Counted from the first letter of the stretch, positions 36,544-47,153 are shown. The stretch is DNA of 64,000 bases from Escherichia coli (GCF_030013595.1 NZ_CP122769.1), one strand, 5' to 3'. A program made the numbers and translations. The notes: generated by a model from the sequence alone, not told the origin.

Positions 36544-37146
36544 ATGATGAATAAAGAACAACTAATCGACAAACTGGAACGCGTGGTATGTGGTCAGTAC
36601 TCCTACGAAATGCAGGAGCTTGCGTATTCGGCCCTCTGCTGCATTAAAGGCACCCCGGACGACTGCGCTAAGTTCCCTGTTACGCGTCCGCTGCCTGACA
36701 CCTTAGTGGACGTATGGGACGAAATCGGGCAATACCTTGGCACAGGCAAAGCCATTGAAACTCGCAGTTGCGGCGTTTCGCTTCTGCTTCATGGACACTG
36801 CTACGATTCAAATCATGTGCTTTACTGGCGCAATGCTGGCGCACTTCCAGCAGCTTGCGATACGCCACTGGCTGGTGGGTCTCGCAAACTGTTCACCTGC
36901 TCAGCCTGTGGAGTGGACGGTCTGGATGAACCACCTGAAACCAGTTGCCACTGCTGCACAGAGGGGGCCCACTGGGTTGAGAGCAGGCTCTTCACCTCCG
37001 GGCAGGCAGACCCTGAAGAATTTAGACCCGTGGCGGTCGTGAAAGAGTGTGCAGGCTCAACGCCGGATGATCGGCTCATCTGGAGTGTGATTGAACAGCT
37101 CAACGGCGAACTGGCGGAAGGCGATAAACTATTTAAGCGACGCTGA
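36544..37146 (+). CDS. Hypothetical Cys-rich protein
   Basis: 200-aa ORF; several CxxC-like pairs (CSACG, CHCC). Confidence 0.55.
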   Translation: MMNKEQLIDKLERVVCGQYSYEMQELAYSALCCIKGTPDDCAKFPVTRPLPDTLVDVWDEIGQYLGTGKAIETRSCGVSLLLHGHCYDSNHVLYWRNAGALPAACDTPLAGGSRKLFTCSACGVDGLDEPPETSCHCCTEGAHWVESRLFTSGQADPEEFRPVAVVKECAGSTPDDRLIWSVIEQLNGELAEGDKLFKRR

Positions 37147-37199
37147 CAGATCACGGCAGCATTTATAACAGACGAACTCCAGAATAATTTAAAGCAACC

Positions 37200-37556
37200 A
37201 TGAACATGAAAAAGCCCAAAGCTGCATTACAGAATGCCATGAAAGAAGATGTGCCAGCTGTGACACAGATTCAGATGCGATCTACGGTTTCCAGAAAGGT
37301 TCGCTATGTAAAACAGGCAAATCGAGAGGGTCTGAAATTATCTGAGTGGATGTCGCGGCATCTCGACGCTGTCTGTGATACCGCAGATGAGATTCATAAA
37401 GGCAAACGCTCAACTCCGGTTGCGCCTGGGAAGATTCCCCCAGAGGTATACCAGGTGATATACGATCAGTGCGGCGGGTTCGTGGAGTGTGATGCTAATG
37501 CCCAGGTTATCTGGGAAGCCTGCCGTAATGCCATTCTTAACGGAGACAAAGGGTAA
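37200..37556 (+). CDS. Hypothetical protein
   Basis: 118-aa ORF. Confidence 0.5.
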   Translation: MNMKKPKAALQNAMKEDVPAVTQIQMRSTVSRKVRYVKQANREGLKLSEWMSRHLDAVCDTADEIHKGKRSTPVAPGKIPPEVYQVIYDQCGGFVECDANAQVIWEACRNAILNGDKG

Positions 37557-37601
37557 ACGGCAGGTATCGCCTGTCATTTTACCCTTGTGAGGACAATACT
37601 G

Positions 37602-37805
37602 ATGAACCATGAGAGCCGAACTGTATACCTGAACACGGCCATTGAGGCCCTGCTGAAAGCTGAGGCGGCTCTGAACGATCTGGCATTAGCCTATGAGCTT
37701 AAACCTGATGAAAAGGCAAGCGCATGCCATCCCAGAACCGGCACACTTTCCACTGCGTCCCAGGTAAAAAAACTCCGCCGTGTCCTTGAGAAGCAGAAGG
37801 TATGA
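37602..37805 (+). CDS. Small hypothetical protein
   Basis: ATG 37602 preceded by GAGGA (track ORF starts at GTG 37587). Confidence 0.45.
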   Translation: MNHESRTVYLNTAIEALLKAEAALNDLALAYELKPDEKASACHPRTGTLSTASQVKKLRRVLEKQKV

Positions 37806-38118
37806 AGGGCTGCATCAGCCAGGCCCGGATATAAATACATGCTCTGCCAGGTGAGTACCACTGCCCGGTAGCCGAATGATAAGTTTTGATTTCACGGTTG
37901 CAATTTCTCCCTCTGGCATCACTGCTCCACGATGCACCCCGATCAGCTTAGCGTCTGAAAATGAAGATGCACCGGACCTGCATGAAGCGGAACGGTGCCC
38001 AGCTGAGTGTTTGTGGGCACAATGAACCGCAATTTCATGATGGGAATGAAAGATGGCTGGTGGCCCGCTGATATGAACGCTTACCCTGCATAACGTTACT
38101 AACCACAATCTTTTCACT

Positions 38119-38156
38119 AAAAGAAAAAAGGGTTCCTCCGCTTTAGAGGAACCCTT
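38119..38156 (-). terminator. hok mRNA terminator, now separated from hok by IS21
   Basis: Minus strand AAGGGTTCCTC-TAAAGCG-GAGGAACCCTT followed by TTTTCTTTT; preceded by a second hairpin at 38195-38216. Confidence 0.65.
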
Positions 38157-38222
38157 TCAAAAGGTGCCGATGGCATACTAATCCACACCCTGAAAAGAGG
38201 GGGTTGCCCCCCTCTTTGTCAG

Positions 38223-38247
38223 CTACTTACCGGATTCGTAGGCCAGG
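38223..38247 (-). pseudogene. hok: Displaced last codons of hok (..AYESGK stop)
   Basis: Minus strand CCTGG CC TAC GAA TCC GGT AAG TAG continues the hok frame once the IS and one CCAGG copy are removed. Confidence 0.8.
38243..38247. repeat. 5-bp target-site duplication CCAGG (left copy) of IS21-family element
   Basis: Same pentamer at 40374-40378, flanking both ends. Confidence 0.85.
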
Positions 38248-38302
38248 TGTCAACGCCAAGATTTATGGCCGGTTTTCGCCATTTTTAATGTCCGCTATTT
38301 GA

Positions 38303-40272
<1,970 letters not shown>

Positions 40273-40353
40273 GTCGATGTCCTTTCTGGTGTGAGAACCT
40301 CAAGGAAACAACATGTTGGGTGGAGCGGACAACCCAAATGGCGAATTACAGTC

Positions 40354-40512
40354 TTATATCATTGGCGCTAACACCAGGATAGCAAATACCTCCCTTGTTC
40401 CGTCTTTCATCCGCAACTCGCAAAGCGAGTTTCGTGTGAGCCAGGTGAATATCAACAGCGTTAAACAAACTATTAATATGCACAAAACAATGGGTTGGTT
40501 CGGCATTTTCAT
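40354..40512 (-). pseudogene. hok: Hok-family membrane toxin gene with IS21-derived C-terminus
   Basis: [45 protein letters not shown] matches Hok; after codon 46 the frame enters the IS end (LVLAPMI stop) instead of LAYESGK. Confidence 0.85.
40374..40378. repeat. 5-bp target-site duplication CCAGG (right copy)
   Basis: See 38243-38247. Confidence 0.85.
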
Positions 40513-40560
40513 GGCCTTCTTCTCCTTGCATTTAAGCAGGCAAGAGGCTACGCTGTGTGT

Positions 40561-40617
40561 GACTAGCATACAGGGGCCTCGGGTTAATTGAAAAATTACT
40601 CGGGGCTTTCTGCTTTT
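40561..40617 (+). ncRNA. sok: Sok-like antisense RNA (ends approximate)
   Basis: Plus-strand TTGCAT, 17 nt, TACGCT promoter at 40526-40554; antisense to the hok leader; ends in a CCTCGGGTTAATT/AATTACTCGGGG hairpin plus a T-rich run; layout as in R1 hok/sok. Confidence 0.5.
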
Positions 40618-40673
40618 ACCACAGTCAAACAGTGTTACCGCTGGCTGGGGCAAAAGCCTCCAGCACCAGCGTC

Positions 40674-40702
40674 ATTATATCACTCTGCCCTGATCAGCCA
40701 AA
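40674..40702 (-). promoter_or_regulatory. hok mRNA promoter
   Basis: Minus strand TTGGCT, 16 nt, TATAAT, about 160 nt upstream of the hok ATG. Confidence 0.5.
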
Positions 40703-40866
40703 CACCCTGCCTGCATAAATCATTGATTTATAATTTATTTGACATGAGTCACTTCCGGTTGTCGGAGACAGTCTTTTTACACTAAAGAAAAGGGTAACGG
40801 GCAGCTGCTTGGTCGGAACATACAGTGCAGTTCCTGCCCGTTTAATTTCCGGATGCAATGGTAGGA

Positions 40867-41472
40867 TCAGGAGGCACTGGTTCCGTTGATTAGGGAAAGC
40901 TTATGTGCCTGAATACGGCTGTATTCGAGATGGGATGGAATATTACAGATGCGCTCCAGTCGATCATGCAGCCTCGTGTAGGTCAGTCGATGAATACCGG
41001 ACATTTCATCAAGTAGCCAGCGCTTGATGTAAGGGTTACAGGAAAGCCGGGCAAGATCGTCGTCATCCACTTCGTCAAAGAACCAGTACTGCTCCATCGG
41101 GACTACCTGAAATATCCACGGCCGGGGATAGTCCCCTGTGACAACCAAAAACCATGCGAGAAAGCATAGACACAGCTCAACGATCATCAGCATCGAAAAT
41201 TGCGAATAACTTAGACCAGGCACATAGGGTGAACTATCCGCAACATACCCCCTGAACAATTCCGCCACAAGGTAGCCCAATAGCGACAAGGCCAGCATCA
41301 GGGTCAGGATTAATCCCCCATTAAACGCTACCGAAGCCTTTTGAACCCGATCAGGTGCTGTCCGGCTGCGATAGTTGGTCACTACTCTTTCTACAAGTGC
41401 CCTTATGGCAGCCTGTTCTTTACTGACATCAGCTCCGGAAAAACCGGACGGGCTTTTATTTAATTCAGTCAT
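40867..41472 (-). CDS. Membrane protein of unknown function
   Basis: 201-aa ORF; AGGAG SD; three hydrophobic helices. Confidence 0.6.
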   Translation of the reverse strand: MTELNKSPSGFSGADVSKEQAAIRALVERVVTNYRSRTAPDRVQKASVAFNGGLILTLMLALSLLGYLVAELFRGYVADSSPYVPGLSYSQFSMLMIVELCLCFLAWFLVVTGDYPRPWIFQVVPMEQYWFFDEVDDDDLARLSCNPYIKRWLLDEMSGIHRLTYTRLHDRLERICNIPSHLEYSRIQAHKLSLINGTSAS

Positions 41473-41687
41473 ACCCCACTCCTGTTATGTGCTCTACTGA
41501 ACAAACACGTAGATCATACAGAGCTCACGGACGCACTCCTGCCAGATAAAGGAGGGAATTTGGCTGTAAGACGGTTAGCCAACAGTTCAGGTTATGCGTG
41601 GGATCCGGCCAGTCAGAAAGGATTCCGTTATTAACAGGCAAGGTTAAAGGCAGATGGACGTTGAAATTGTGGATGCTAAAAGGGGTA

Positions 41688-41969
41688 TTACTCTTTTTCC
41701 TGCATAGCGGCTTTTTCAGCCCGGGTGGCCAGGCGAGCATTTCCGAAAGGTTCACGGACAAGCAGGGGCTTCTCCTTCTTCCAGCCCCTGATAGCCGTTT
41801 CTCCAAAACGACGTGGTGCATTGCCGTTCCAGCGAGCAATCACATGATTATCATGAATTTCTATAATGACAACGGGGTGGACAATGACCGTTGTAATGGT
41901 GGTATTTCCCATTTTGGTACGGGTTACAGACCAAACCTGCATCCCGGATTCCAGCTGGCTGATTTTCAT
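41688..41969 (-). CDS. Hypothetical protein
   Basis: 93-aa ORF; AAGGAT SD; preferred over overlapping ORFs 41525..41839 and 41598..42011. Confidence 0.55.
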   Translation of the reverse strand: MKISQLESGMQVWSVTRTKMGNTTITTVIVHPVVIIEIHDNHVIARWNGNAPRRFGETAIRGWKKEKPLLVREPFGNARLATRAEKAAMQEKE

Positions 41970-42074
41970 ATTATATCCTTAAGCCAACACGAACTGCGCC
42001 ACAAAAATTAATGTGGCGCAATTTACCATAAACAATAAACATCAGATACCCGTGAAGAGATTTCCCTTTATTTT

Positions 42075-42112
42075 AAAATTCTTCTGGAGAAAAAATGATA
42101 TTTCCAGAAGAA
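42075..42112 (-). terminator. Stem-loop/terminator
   Basis: Perfect 10-bp inverted repeat TTCTTCTGGA / TCCAGAAGAA with 14-nt spacer, followed on the minus strand by TTTTAAAAT. Confidence 0.5.
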
Positions 42113-42194
42113 GTCAGCGAAATTCAGAAACGGCCATCACAATGGTGCTGCGCTGACGCTGGCGTTCTGCCTTGCGCTGCCTGCGGCGATAGAT

Positions 42195-42290
42195 CTATTT
42201 TGCGCTGACGTAAGGGCAGTCCTCACGGGTATACCAGCAGCAGCCGCAAGGTTCGGGCCGGGGTTTTCCGGCAAGTCCAAATGGTTTCAT
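42195..42290 (-). CDS. Possible 31-aa Cys-rich peptide (below ORF-track cutoff)
   Basis: MKPFGLAGKPRPEPCGCCWYTREDCPYVSAK; AAGGTG SD; stem-loop downstream. Confidence 0.3.
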   Translation of the reverse strand: MKPFGLAGKPRPEPCGCCWYTREDCPYVSAK

Positions 42291-42343
42291 CAAGTCACCT
42301 TTTTAATATTTTTAATGGCAAGATACTTCCCTAACACATTGTT

Positions 42344-42655
42344 TTATCGCATATAACGCTGTTGCATAAACAGATACAGATAACCCTCAGGAGAAAACAT
42401 GCAAAGGTTATCAGTGATAACCGCATCCAGATACCGAGTGTCAGTCTGTAAACGTTTTATCACCAGAAAATGTGCTGCCGCAGCCTTAATGCCAGAACTA
42501 CCGTTTACAACATTATGTATACCCGCTTCGAATAACGAACGAGCATGAATTACCTTTTCCCGGGCCGCTTCGATCTCCGCATTAATAACGCATTGCCGCG
42601 CCTGGATGACTGCCTCTCCGGTTAAATCGCGGAAATTCATTAGAGATGTGATCAT
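42344..42655 (-). CDS. Hypothetical protein
   Basis: 103-aa ORF; GGAGAG SD; conserved promoter module upstream. Confidence 0.6.
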   Translation of the reverse strand: MITSLMNFRDLTGEAVIQARQCVINAEIEAAREKVIHARSLFEAGIHNVVNGSSGIKAAAAHFLVIKRLQTDTRYLDAVITDNLCMFSPEGYLYLFMQQRYMR

Positions 42656-42682
42656 GATTAACTCTCCAGATTATGTGGAATC

Positions 42683-42719
42683 ATTATAACAACTGGCATC
42701 CCGCCACAAATAACCTGAG
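42683..42719 (-). promoter_or_regulatory. Conserved promoter module, copy 3 (variant)
   Basis: Minus strand CTCAGGTTATTTGTGG, then TATAAT with 16-nt spacing. Confidence 0.55.
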
Positions 42720-42877
42720 AAAAATTCTTTGAAATATTCCTATATATAAGGAATTACAGTCGGAAAAGAAACGATGAAATAGCGCCGACCGCTTAAAATC
42801 GATAAATTAAAATGGACGGCACTGGAATGAAAAACTGAAAGTAGTAAGACCGTAATTATCCTTCACGGATGTAAGCT

Positions 42878-43078
42878 TTATAAGAGGAGTACTGGCAAAG
42901 CTTTGCCAAGTACTTCGGCGGTTGTGTCTACGATTTTACGGATGTCATCGATCTGCGAAGGCTTATTCAACACCACCGTAAAAAGCTCTCCTTCGTTATC
43001 AGCCTGCTCGCAGTTTCCGTATCGGCTCCCGTCGTACAGCTGCACAATACGTGACATAGAAGACTTTGTTTGTTTCAT
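42878..43078 (-). CDS. Small hypothetical protein
   Basis: 66-aa ORF; AGGTG SD. Confidence 0.5.
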   Translation of the reverse strand: MKQTKSSMSRIVQLYDGSRYGNCEQADNEGELFTVVLNKPSQIDDIRKIVDTTAEVLGKALPVLLL

Positions 43079-43117
43079 GGCTTTGCACCTGCTTTTAGGC
43101 AGTTTGGTTACTGGTTA

Positions 43118-43342
43118 TCAGAAGCTGGTTTCATGCGCTTCCGGCTGGGACACGAACTGGTATTTGACGCCGCCAGGCACACCTACTGCTTCGGCAATAG
43201 AGTCGCAAAGCCGCGATAAATCATTTAGTGTCATCGGATATTCAATATCTACAGAATATAAAGCACCTGCATTTTCAGCATCTTCGATGTTTTTATACTG
43301 GGCACTAAATATAGCAATGGTCTGAATTTCGTGGTTATGCAT
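43118..43342 (-). CDS. Small protein, paralogue of 48307..48546
   Basis: 74-aa ORF; shares DIEYPMTLNDLSRLCDSIAEAVGVPGGVKY with the 48307 product. Confidence 0.65.
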   Translation of the reverse strand: MHNHEIQTIAIFSAQYKNIEDAENAGALYSVDIEYPMTLNDLSRLCDSIAEAVGVPGGVKYQFVSQPEAHETSF

Positions 43343-43364
43343 GAACCGGTCCTTATTAAATTAT

Positions 43365-43386
43365 AAAAGCCACCCGAGAGTGGCCT
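43365..43386 (-). terminator. Stem-loop/terminator
   Basis: Minus strand GCCAC-TCTCGG-GTGGC followed by TTTTATAA, 10 nt after the stop at 43397. Confidence 0.45.
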
Positions 43387-43396
43387 GAGTTGAAAC

Positions 43397-43600
43397 TTAA
43401 ATCTGTGAAGTATTTTTGAGAGATTTTTTGCGATCCAGATGCCGGGCAACAATGGTTCCGATAACAAGTAGCATGATGACCGCACTGAAGAAGGTGCTGT
43501 CAGGGACGCCCTGGAAAAAATCACTGAAACTGTAAACAATAAAAATCAATGCGCAAAAATAGAAAACGATACGAACATAAGGGGTAAAAAACATTTTCAT
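43397..43600 (-). CDS. Small two-helix membrane protein
   Basis: 67-aa ORF; GGAAGG SD; two hydrophobic segments. Confidence 0.55.
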   Translation of the reverse strand: MKMFFTPYVRIVFYFCALIFIVYSFSDFFQGVPDSTFFSAVIMLLVIGTIVARHLDRKKSLKNTSQI

Positions 43601-43740
43601 CGGTTGCCTTCCATTCAGGGAGAATTCTCAGTAATTACATCACACCTGAAGAGAAACTATTTTCGTATAAATGAGCATTTTCGACATATCAGAGGGGGGG
43701 TTTACTCATAAATGAGGTAGTAAGGGTCACACTTGAGGTG

Positions 43741-43751
43741 AAAGTTACTTT
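43741..43751. repeat. Palindromic box, copy 15 (gAAAGTTACTTTcc)
   Basis: Read directly; intergenic. Confidence 0.8.
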
Positions 43752-43779
43752 CCTGGCTGCGAACGAACTATCTCAAATG

Positions 43780-44073
43780 TTAGAGGTGTGCGTTCGCCTT
43801 GAGAGCCTCATGCCCTGAGGAGCTCAACTTGAGCCGATAGTATAAACCTGGCTCCAGATGGCTTGCTGGCTGGCATAACTCCACGAGGCCGAGCCGGAAC
43901 AGGACCGGAGAGCTCCTGCACGTCACATCATCAGGATTCCCCATAAACGTACGCCGTTCTCTGGCCCGTCTGAAATTGCCAGAGATATCATAGACCGTGC
44001 CGGATGCCATCCGTCGTAACACGTAAATCTGTGCCATTGTAAGCTTCTGGGCGGAACTGCTTAAACCTGACAT
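43780..44073 (-). CDS. Hypothetical protein
   Basis: 97-aa ORF; GGAGGGGAAGG SD. Confidence 0.6.
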   Translation of the reverse strand: MSGLSSSAQKLTMAQIYVLRRMASGTVYDISGNFRRARERRTFMGNPDDVTCRSSPVLFRLGLVELCQPASHLEPGLYYRLKLSSSGHEALKANAHL

Positions 44074-44098
44074 ACCTTCCCCTCCTTATATAAAACAA

Positions 44099-44122
44099 TC
44101 CGCCAGCAGCTCGACTGGCGGA
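44099..44122 (-). terminator. Stem-loop/terminator
   Basis: TCCGCCAG-8 nt-CTGGCGGA followed on the minus strand by TTGTTTTAT. Confidence 0.5.
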
Positions 44123-44152
44123 CAATGTTTGACTGGCAACAGCAAGGACATA

Positions 44153-44644
44153 CTATTTAGTGACAAGTTTGATCTTGGTTTCACTCATTCGAAGTCGAAA
44201 CTCCTGAAAACCCTGCTCTACCGCTAACTCCAGCCACTCAACGGGAATGGTATAGCTACAATCAGACCCACCCAAAGCGGCATCACAAGCGTAATCCCAG
44301 TCCTCATCCAGTTTTGGATTCATCCCCTGGGCGTAAGCCACAGTATCGCGGGATGCGGGAGAGCCCTCAAGCTCAGCATTAGTGATCAGGTATACACCAT
44401 GACTGTGCGCGAGAAGCACTTTTGGCACCAGATGTGTGCTGGCAATTTTTGAGGATGAGGGAAAGAAAACCCTACCAGCTTTACGCGCCTCTTCTTCAGT
44501 CTGTCCCTCAGCGTTAAGGAGGGCTCCCCCCGGATAGCATGCCGGGTCATAGATCTGATCTGCGGTGACCGAAAACGTTTTTGCGGTGCGAATTTCTTCG
44601 ATCAGTTTATTAATATCCGCCATTTCAAATACGAGAGTGGTCAC
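44153..44644 (-). CDS. Hypothetical protein
   Basis: 163-aa ORF (GTG start); GGGAGAG SD; 4 nt after the upstream stop. Confidence 0.6.
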   Translation of the reverse strand: MTTLVFEMADINKLIEEIRTAKTFSVTADQIYDPACYPGGALLNAEGQTEEEARKAGRVFFPSSSKIASTHLVPKVLLAHSHGVYLITNAELEGSPASRDTVAYAQGMNPKLDEDWDYACDAALGGSDCSYTIPVEWLELAVEQGFQEFRLRMSETKIKLVTK

Positions 44645-44648
44645 AGGC

Positions 44649-44960
44649 TTACTCTCCCTCTTCAGTGGACAACATCAGATACTTTGTTGCCAGCAGAAGC
44701 TCTCCCACATCCTTGAGGGACAATTCAGCTTTGCCTTCTACGGCAAGCTGCAAGCGCTGTCGAATTGCATGAACAGAATCTGAAGATAAAGATGCCATTT
44801 TGCGCAAAACGGCATTAGCCTTTTCTACAGCAGGATACAGAATTTCTGAGTTGGTATTATCTTCGTCATTATCAAAGATAATTTCAGAATCCATATTGAT
44901 GTTATCTTCAAGCCAGCTTGAAAGCACTTCAAGTAATGACATCACCTTTTCAATTTGCAT
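44649..44960 (-). CDS. Hypothetical acidic protein
   Basis: ATG 44960 preceded by AGGAGG (track ORF begins at 44996). Confidence 0.6.
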   Translation of the reverse strand: MQIEKVMSLLEVLSSWLEDNINMDSEIIFDNDEDNTNSEILYPAVEKANAVLRKMASLSSDSVHAIRQRLQLAVEGKAELSLKDVGELLLATKYLMLSTEEGE

Positions 44961-44986
44961 ATCGCCTCCTCTGTTAATGTGAAACA

Positions 44987-45023
44987 AATATAACAAAGTG
45001 GCTTACCCGGCTAATAACCTGAG
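44987..45023 (-). promoter_or_regulatory. Conserved promoter module, copy 4
   Basis: Minus strand CTCAGGTTATTAGCC, 16 nt, TATATT. Confidence 0.6.
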
Positions 45024-45070
45024 CAGAAAGTTTTCGCACTTTGTTTGAAAACAACTTTTCTGCTCAGGTT
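45016..45070. repeat. Long imperfect inverted repeat overlapping the promoter box
   Basis: AACCTGAGCAGAAAGTTTTC .. GAAAACAACTTTTCTGCTCAGGTT; 14 perfect bp plus 5 more after a bulge. Confidence 0.7.
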
Positions 45071-45260
45071 AATGTTAAAGTCGCTGTGTAAAAGATAAAG
45101 GGCACTAAAGATGATTTAAGCATCAAACAGACTAAATCGGATTCCGTCTTTTATATCGCTTTTAAAATAGAATGAATGAAATATAAATTTAGCGTTTATG
45201 ATTGAACGCTGTAGAGGTTGATTTATCCAGTGATATTCAGTTTGGGGCCTTAAAAAGGTT

Positions 45261-45491
45261 TTATTTTGGATTCGAATTACAAAGGGAGCACCGACATTTT
45301 TCTGGGGGCTCCCGCAGAGAAAAAGCGGTGAGGCTATGAAGACGAAGAGGAGGTATTCGACGAAATACTGTATGGCCACAGGAGAGCTTCAGCACCCATA
45401 TCCTGCCGTCTCGCTCGCCTGTAATGATTTCAACATGTACAACGTCATACCACGTAGTTGTATTTCTCACTTTGTTTATGCTTCCTGACAC
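45261..45491 (-). CDS. Small Cys-containing protein (start uncertain: GTG 45491 or GTG 45470)
   Basis: 76-aa ORF with SCGH..CRCSLC; preferred over the overlapping AT-rich ORF 45116..45379. Confidence 0.45.
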   Translation of the reverse strand: MSGSINKVRNTTTWYDVVHVEIITGERDGRIWVLKLSCGHTVFRRIPPLRLHSLTAFSLREPPEKCRCSLCNSNPK

Positions 45492-45796
45492 CGTGTGAAC
45501 GCAATCTTCGTCTGGATGCGTTCATAGATGGAAAACTGCCTTTCAATGGAACCGGCATTAGACAGTAATTCATGAAGCTCAGCAGAGTCTGTATCGGGAA
45601 CGATAGCTACAGAAACTCCATATCTCCGTCCAATTTTGATTAGGTGCGCAAGCTGTTCTTTTTCGGATTCTGTGAGCATTGCCAGATCTCTTCCGGACAC
45701 CTGCTCTATAAACGAACCAAGGTTTTTGGGAAAAAAGGGTTCGGCATCAGAGTTATGTGCTGGGCGCGTCTGCGGCTTATCGAAGCTATTGGGCAT
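45476..45796 (-). CDS. Hypothetical protein
   Basis: 106-aa ORF. Confidence 0.55.
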   Translation of the reverse strand: MPNSFDKPQTRPAHNSDAEPFFPKNLGSFIEQVSGRDLAMLTESEKEQLAHLIKIGRRYGVSVAIVPDTDSAELHELLSNAGSIERQFSIYERIQTKIAFTRCQEA

Positions 45797-45947
45797 GAAT
45801 AGAACCTATACAGTTAGAGAACTGGAGAATGGATAAAGACTCTATGAAAATCAGTTGTGCTACACTCGAATGCTAATCAAGCTTTATGATGGCTTTAGTA
45901 GGGATGGCCGTCAACTTAAACCGATAAGAAGGGAGCCATTTATCGTT

Positions 45948-45958
45948 AAAGTAACTTT
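45948..45958. repeat. Palindromic box, copy 16 (ttAAAGTAACTTTcccgg)
   Basis: Read directly; intergenic. Confidence 0.8.
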
Positions 45959-45975
45959 CCCGGATGATGCTCTTT

Positions 45976-46203
45976 TTACGAAATAAGTTTCTCACACTCC
46001 TGTATAAGAGTCGCCCTGGAACGAGATCGACTGGCTTTGCTTAATGAAGAGCGTAGTTGATGTTCATCAACCCCATCAGCGATAAACTGACCGATTTTTG
46101 TTTCAAGCCGCTGCATTGCCTCGTAAAGCTTGGCATCCGCATTATTTTTAAGAAACCTCAGTATATAATCAGCAATAATTTGGACGGGAGTGAACTTATA
46201 CAT
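45976..46203 (-). CDS. Small hypothetical protein
   Basis: 75-aa ORF; AAGGAT SD. Confidence 0.55.
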   Translation of the reverse strand: MYKFTPVQIIADYILRFLKNNADAKLYEAMQRLETKIGQFIADGVDEHQLRSSLSKASRSRSRATLIQECEKLIS

Positions 46204-46263
46204 TATGTATCCTTAAGACGTTGTGTTAAATGATTCAAAAAAATTTATAACCAGACGTAAATT

Positions 46264-46302
46264 ATTATACATAAGTAAGCACTTTAGCTAACAAGCTGGA
46301 GG
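46264..46302 (-). promoter_or_regulatory. Conserved promoter module, copy 5 (variant)
   Basis: Minus strand CCAGCTTGTTAGCT, 16 nt, TATAAT. Confidence 0.5.
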
Positions 46303-46430
46303 AGTGAATTTCGGTTAGCAACTATATTTTAGAAGCTGATTGCTGAATAGACAAAGCCCGGCTTACCGGGCATTCATTTAATTAGATGCTAGAAATCTGA
46401 CCCGTCGTCTGACTTTTATTCCAGGCAGAG

Positions 46431-47042
46431 TTAGGAACTAATAATGATGGCCTGGTCAGTTTGAGGAAGCCGGTTTCCTCTGATAAATGCAGGGTGGTTT
46501 AAACGAGAAGAAGAAATGGTCATCGCCAGAAATGTCTCTTCACGCGAACGCAGAAATTCCCCCCATGAATAGGTTTCCCATACGTCGTGAGAAAGGTCGG
46601 ATTCCTTTATGTACCGGGATTGCATTGTTGGCTCAAAATCGACAGGGGCTAAACTGTCATAGGATGGATGAACACGGTACCCCAATCCCTCCTCCGTCTG
46701 ATGGTATGCATGTGCCAAAAGGACATCGTGGGAGACCAGGTCATAGTCGTTGTCCTGAACGAGCGTTTTTACGGTATGACTAATTTCCCCAAAGCCGTCT
46801 ATTTCCCAGAGCGTTATCATTGTGAACTCAGCTAAAGTTCGTGGGCTCTTTACCAGAAAGCCATTTAATGCTCGTCGCCCCTTCAGCATGCCAACGTGGT
46901 AGGTCTTGTTGGGATAGGGTTTCATTGCCACCAGCGAATCAGCTTTAAGCTCAAGTGACAATTCAGGGACAGACACGGACATGAGAGTACACTTGTTTTT
47001 CATATGGTGAAGAATACGTGGCACAAGATGCAGATACATCAT
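46431..47042 (-). CDS. Hypothetical protein
   Basis: 203-aa ORF; AAGGAG SD. Confidence 0.6.
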   Translation of the reverse strand: MMYLHLVPRILHHMKNKCTLMSVSVPELSLELKADSLVAMKPYPNKTYHVGMLKGRRALNGFLVKSPRTLAEFTMITLWEIDGFGEISHTVKTLVQDNDYDLVSHDVLLAHAYHQTEEGLGYRVHPSYDSLAPVDFEPTMQSRYIKESDLSHDVWETYSWGEFLRSREETFLAMTISSSRLNHPAFIRGNRLPQTDQAIIISS

Positions 47043-47153
47043 TTTCTCCTTTTATGGATATAACTGGCAGATCCTCAGCAGCATCAAAATAGTTAATAGA
47101 CTTTTTTAATTGGTTAACCACTGTTGATTGACTTGTTTTATGTCTCTGAGAAA

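Noticed and set aside
37815-38117. Minus-strand 100-aa His/Cys-rich ORF; briefly considered an M23 peptidase remnant
   Set aside because: It has a GTG start with no SD. The HxH-like and THLAEH segments are in the wrong order for M23. It lies in a GC-rich region where long spurious ORFs are expected.
40513-40653. Upstream extension in frame with hok (track ORF 40354..40653), considered as a mok-type reading frame
   Set aside because: I cannot verify from memory which frame mok uses relative to hok. The extension may simply be an open leader. Only hok, the promoter and the Sok-like region are called.
42117-42194. Arg-rich frame continuing in phase after the TAG of the 31-codon ORF (possible read-through or second nonsense pseudogene)
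   Set aside because: An open frame of 26 codons after a stop is expected by chance fairly often. There is no independent support.
45116-45379. 87-aa minus-strand ORF
   Set aside because: It is a hydrophobic, low-complexity translation of an AT-rich intergenic region. It overlaps a better ORF (45261..45491) and the promoter/hairpin region.
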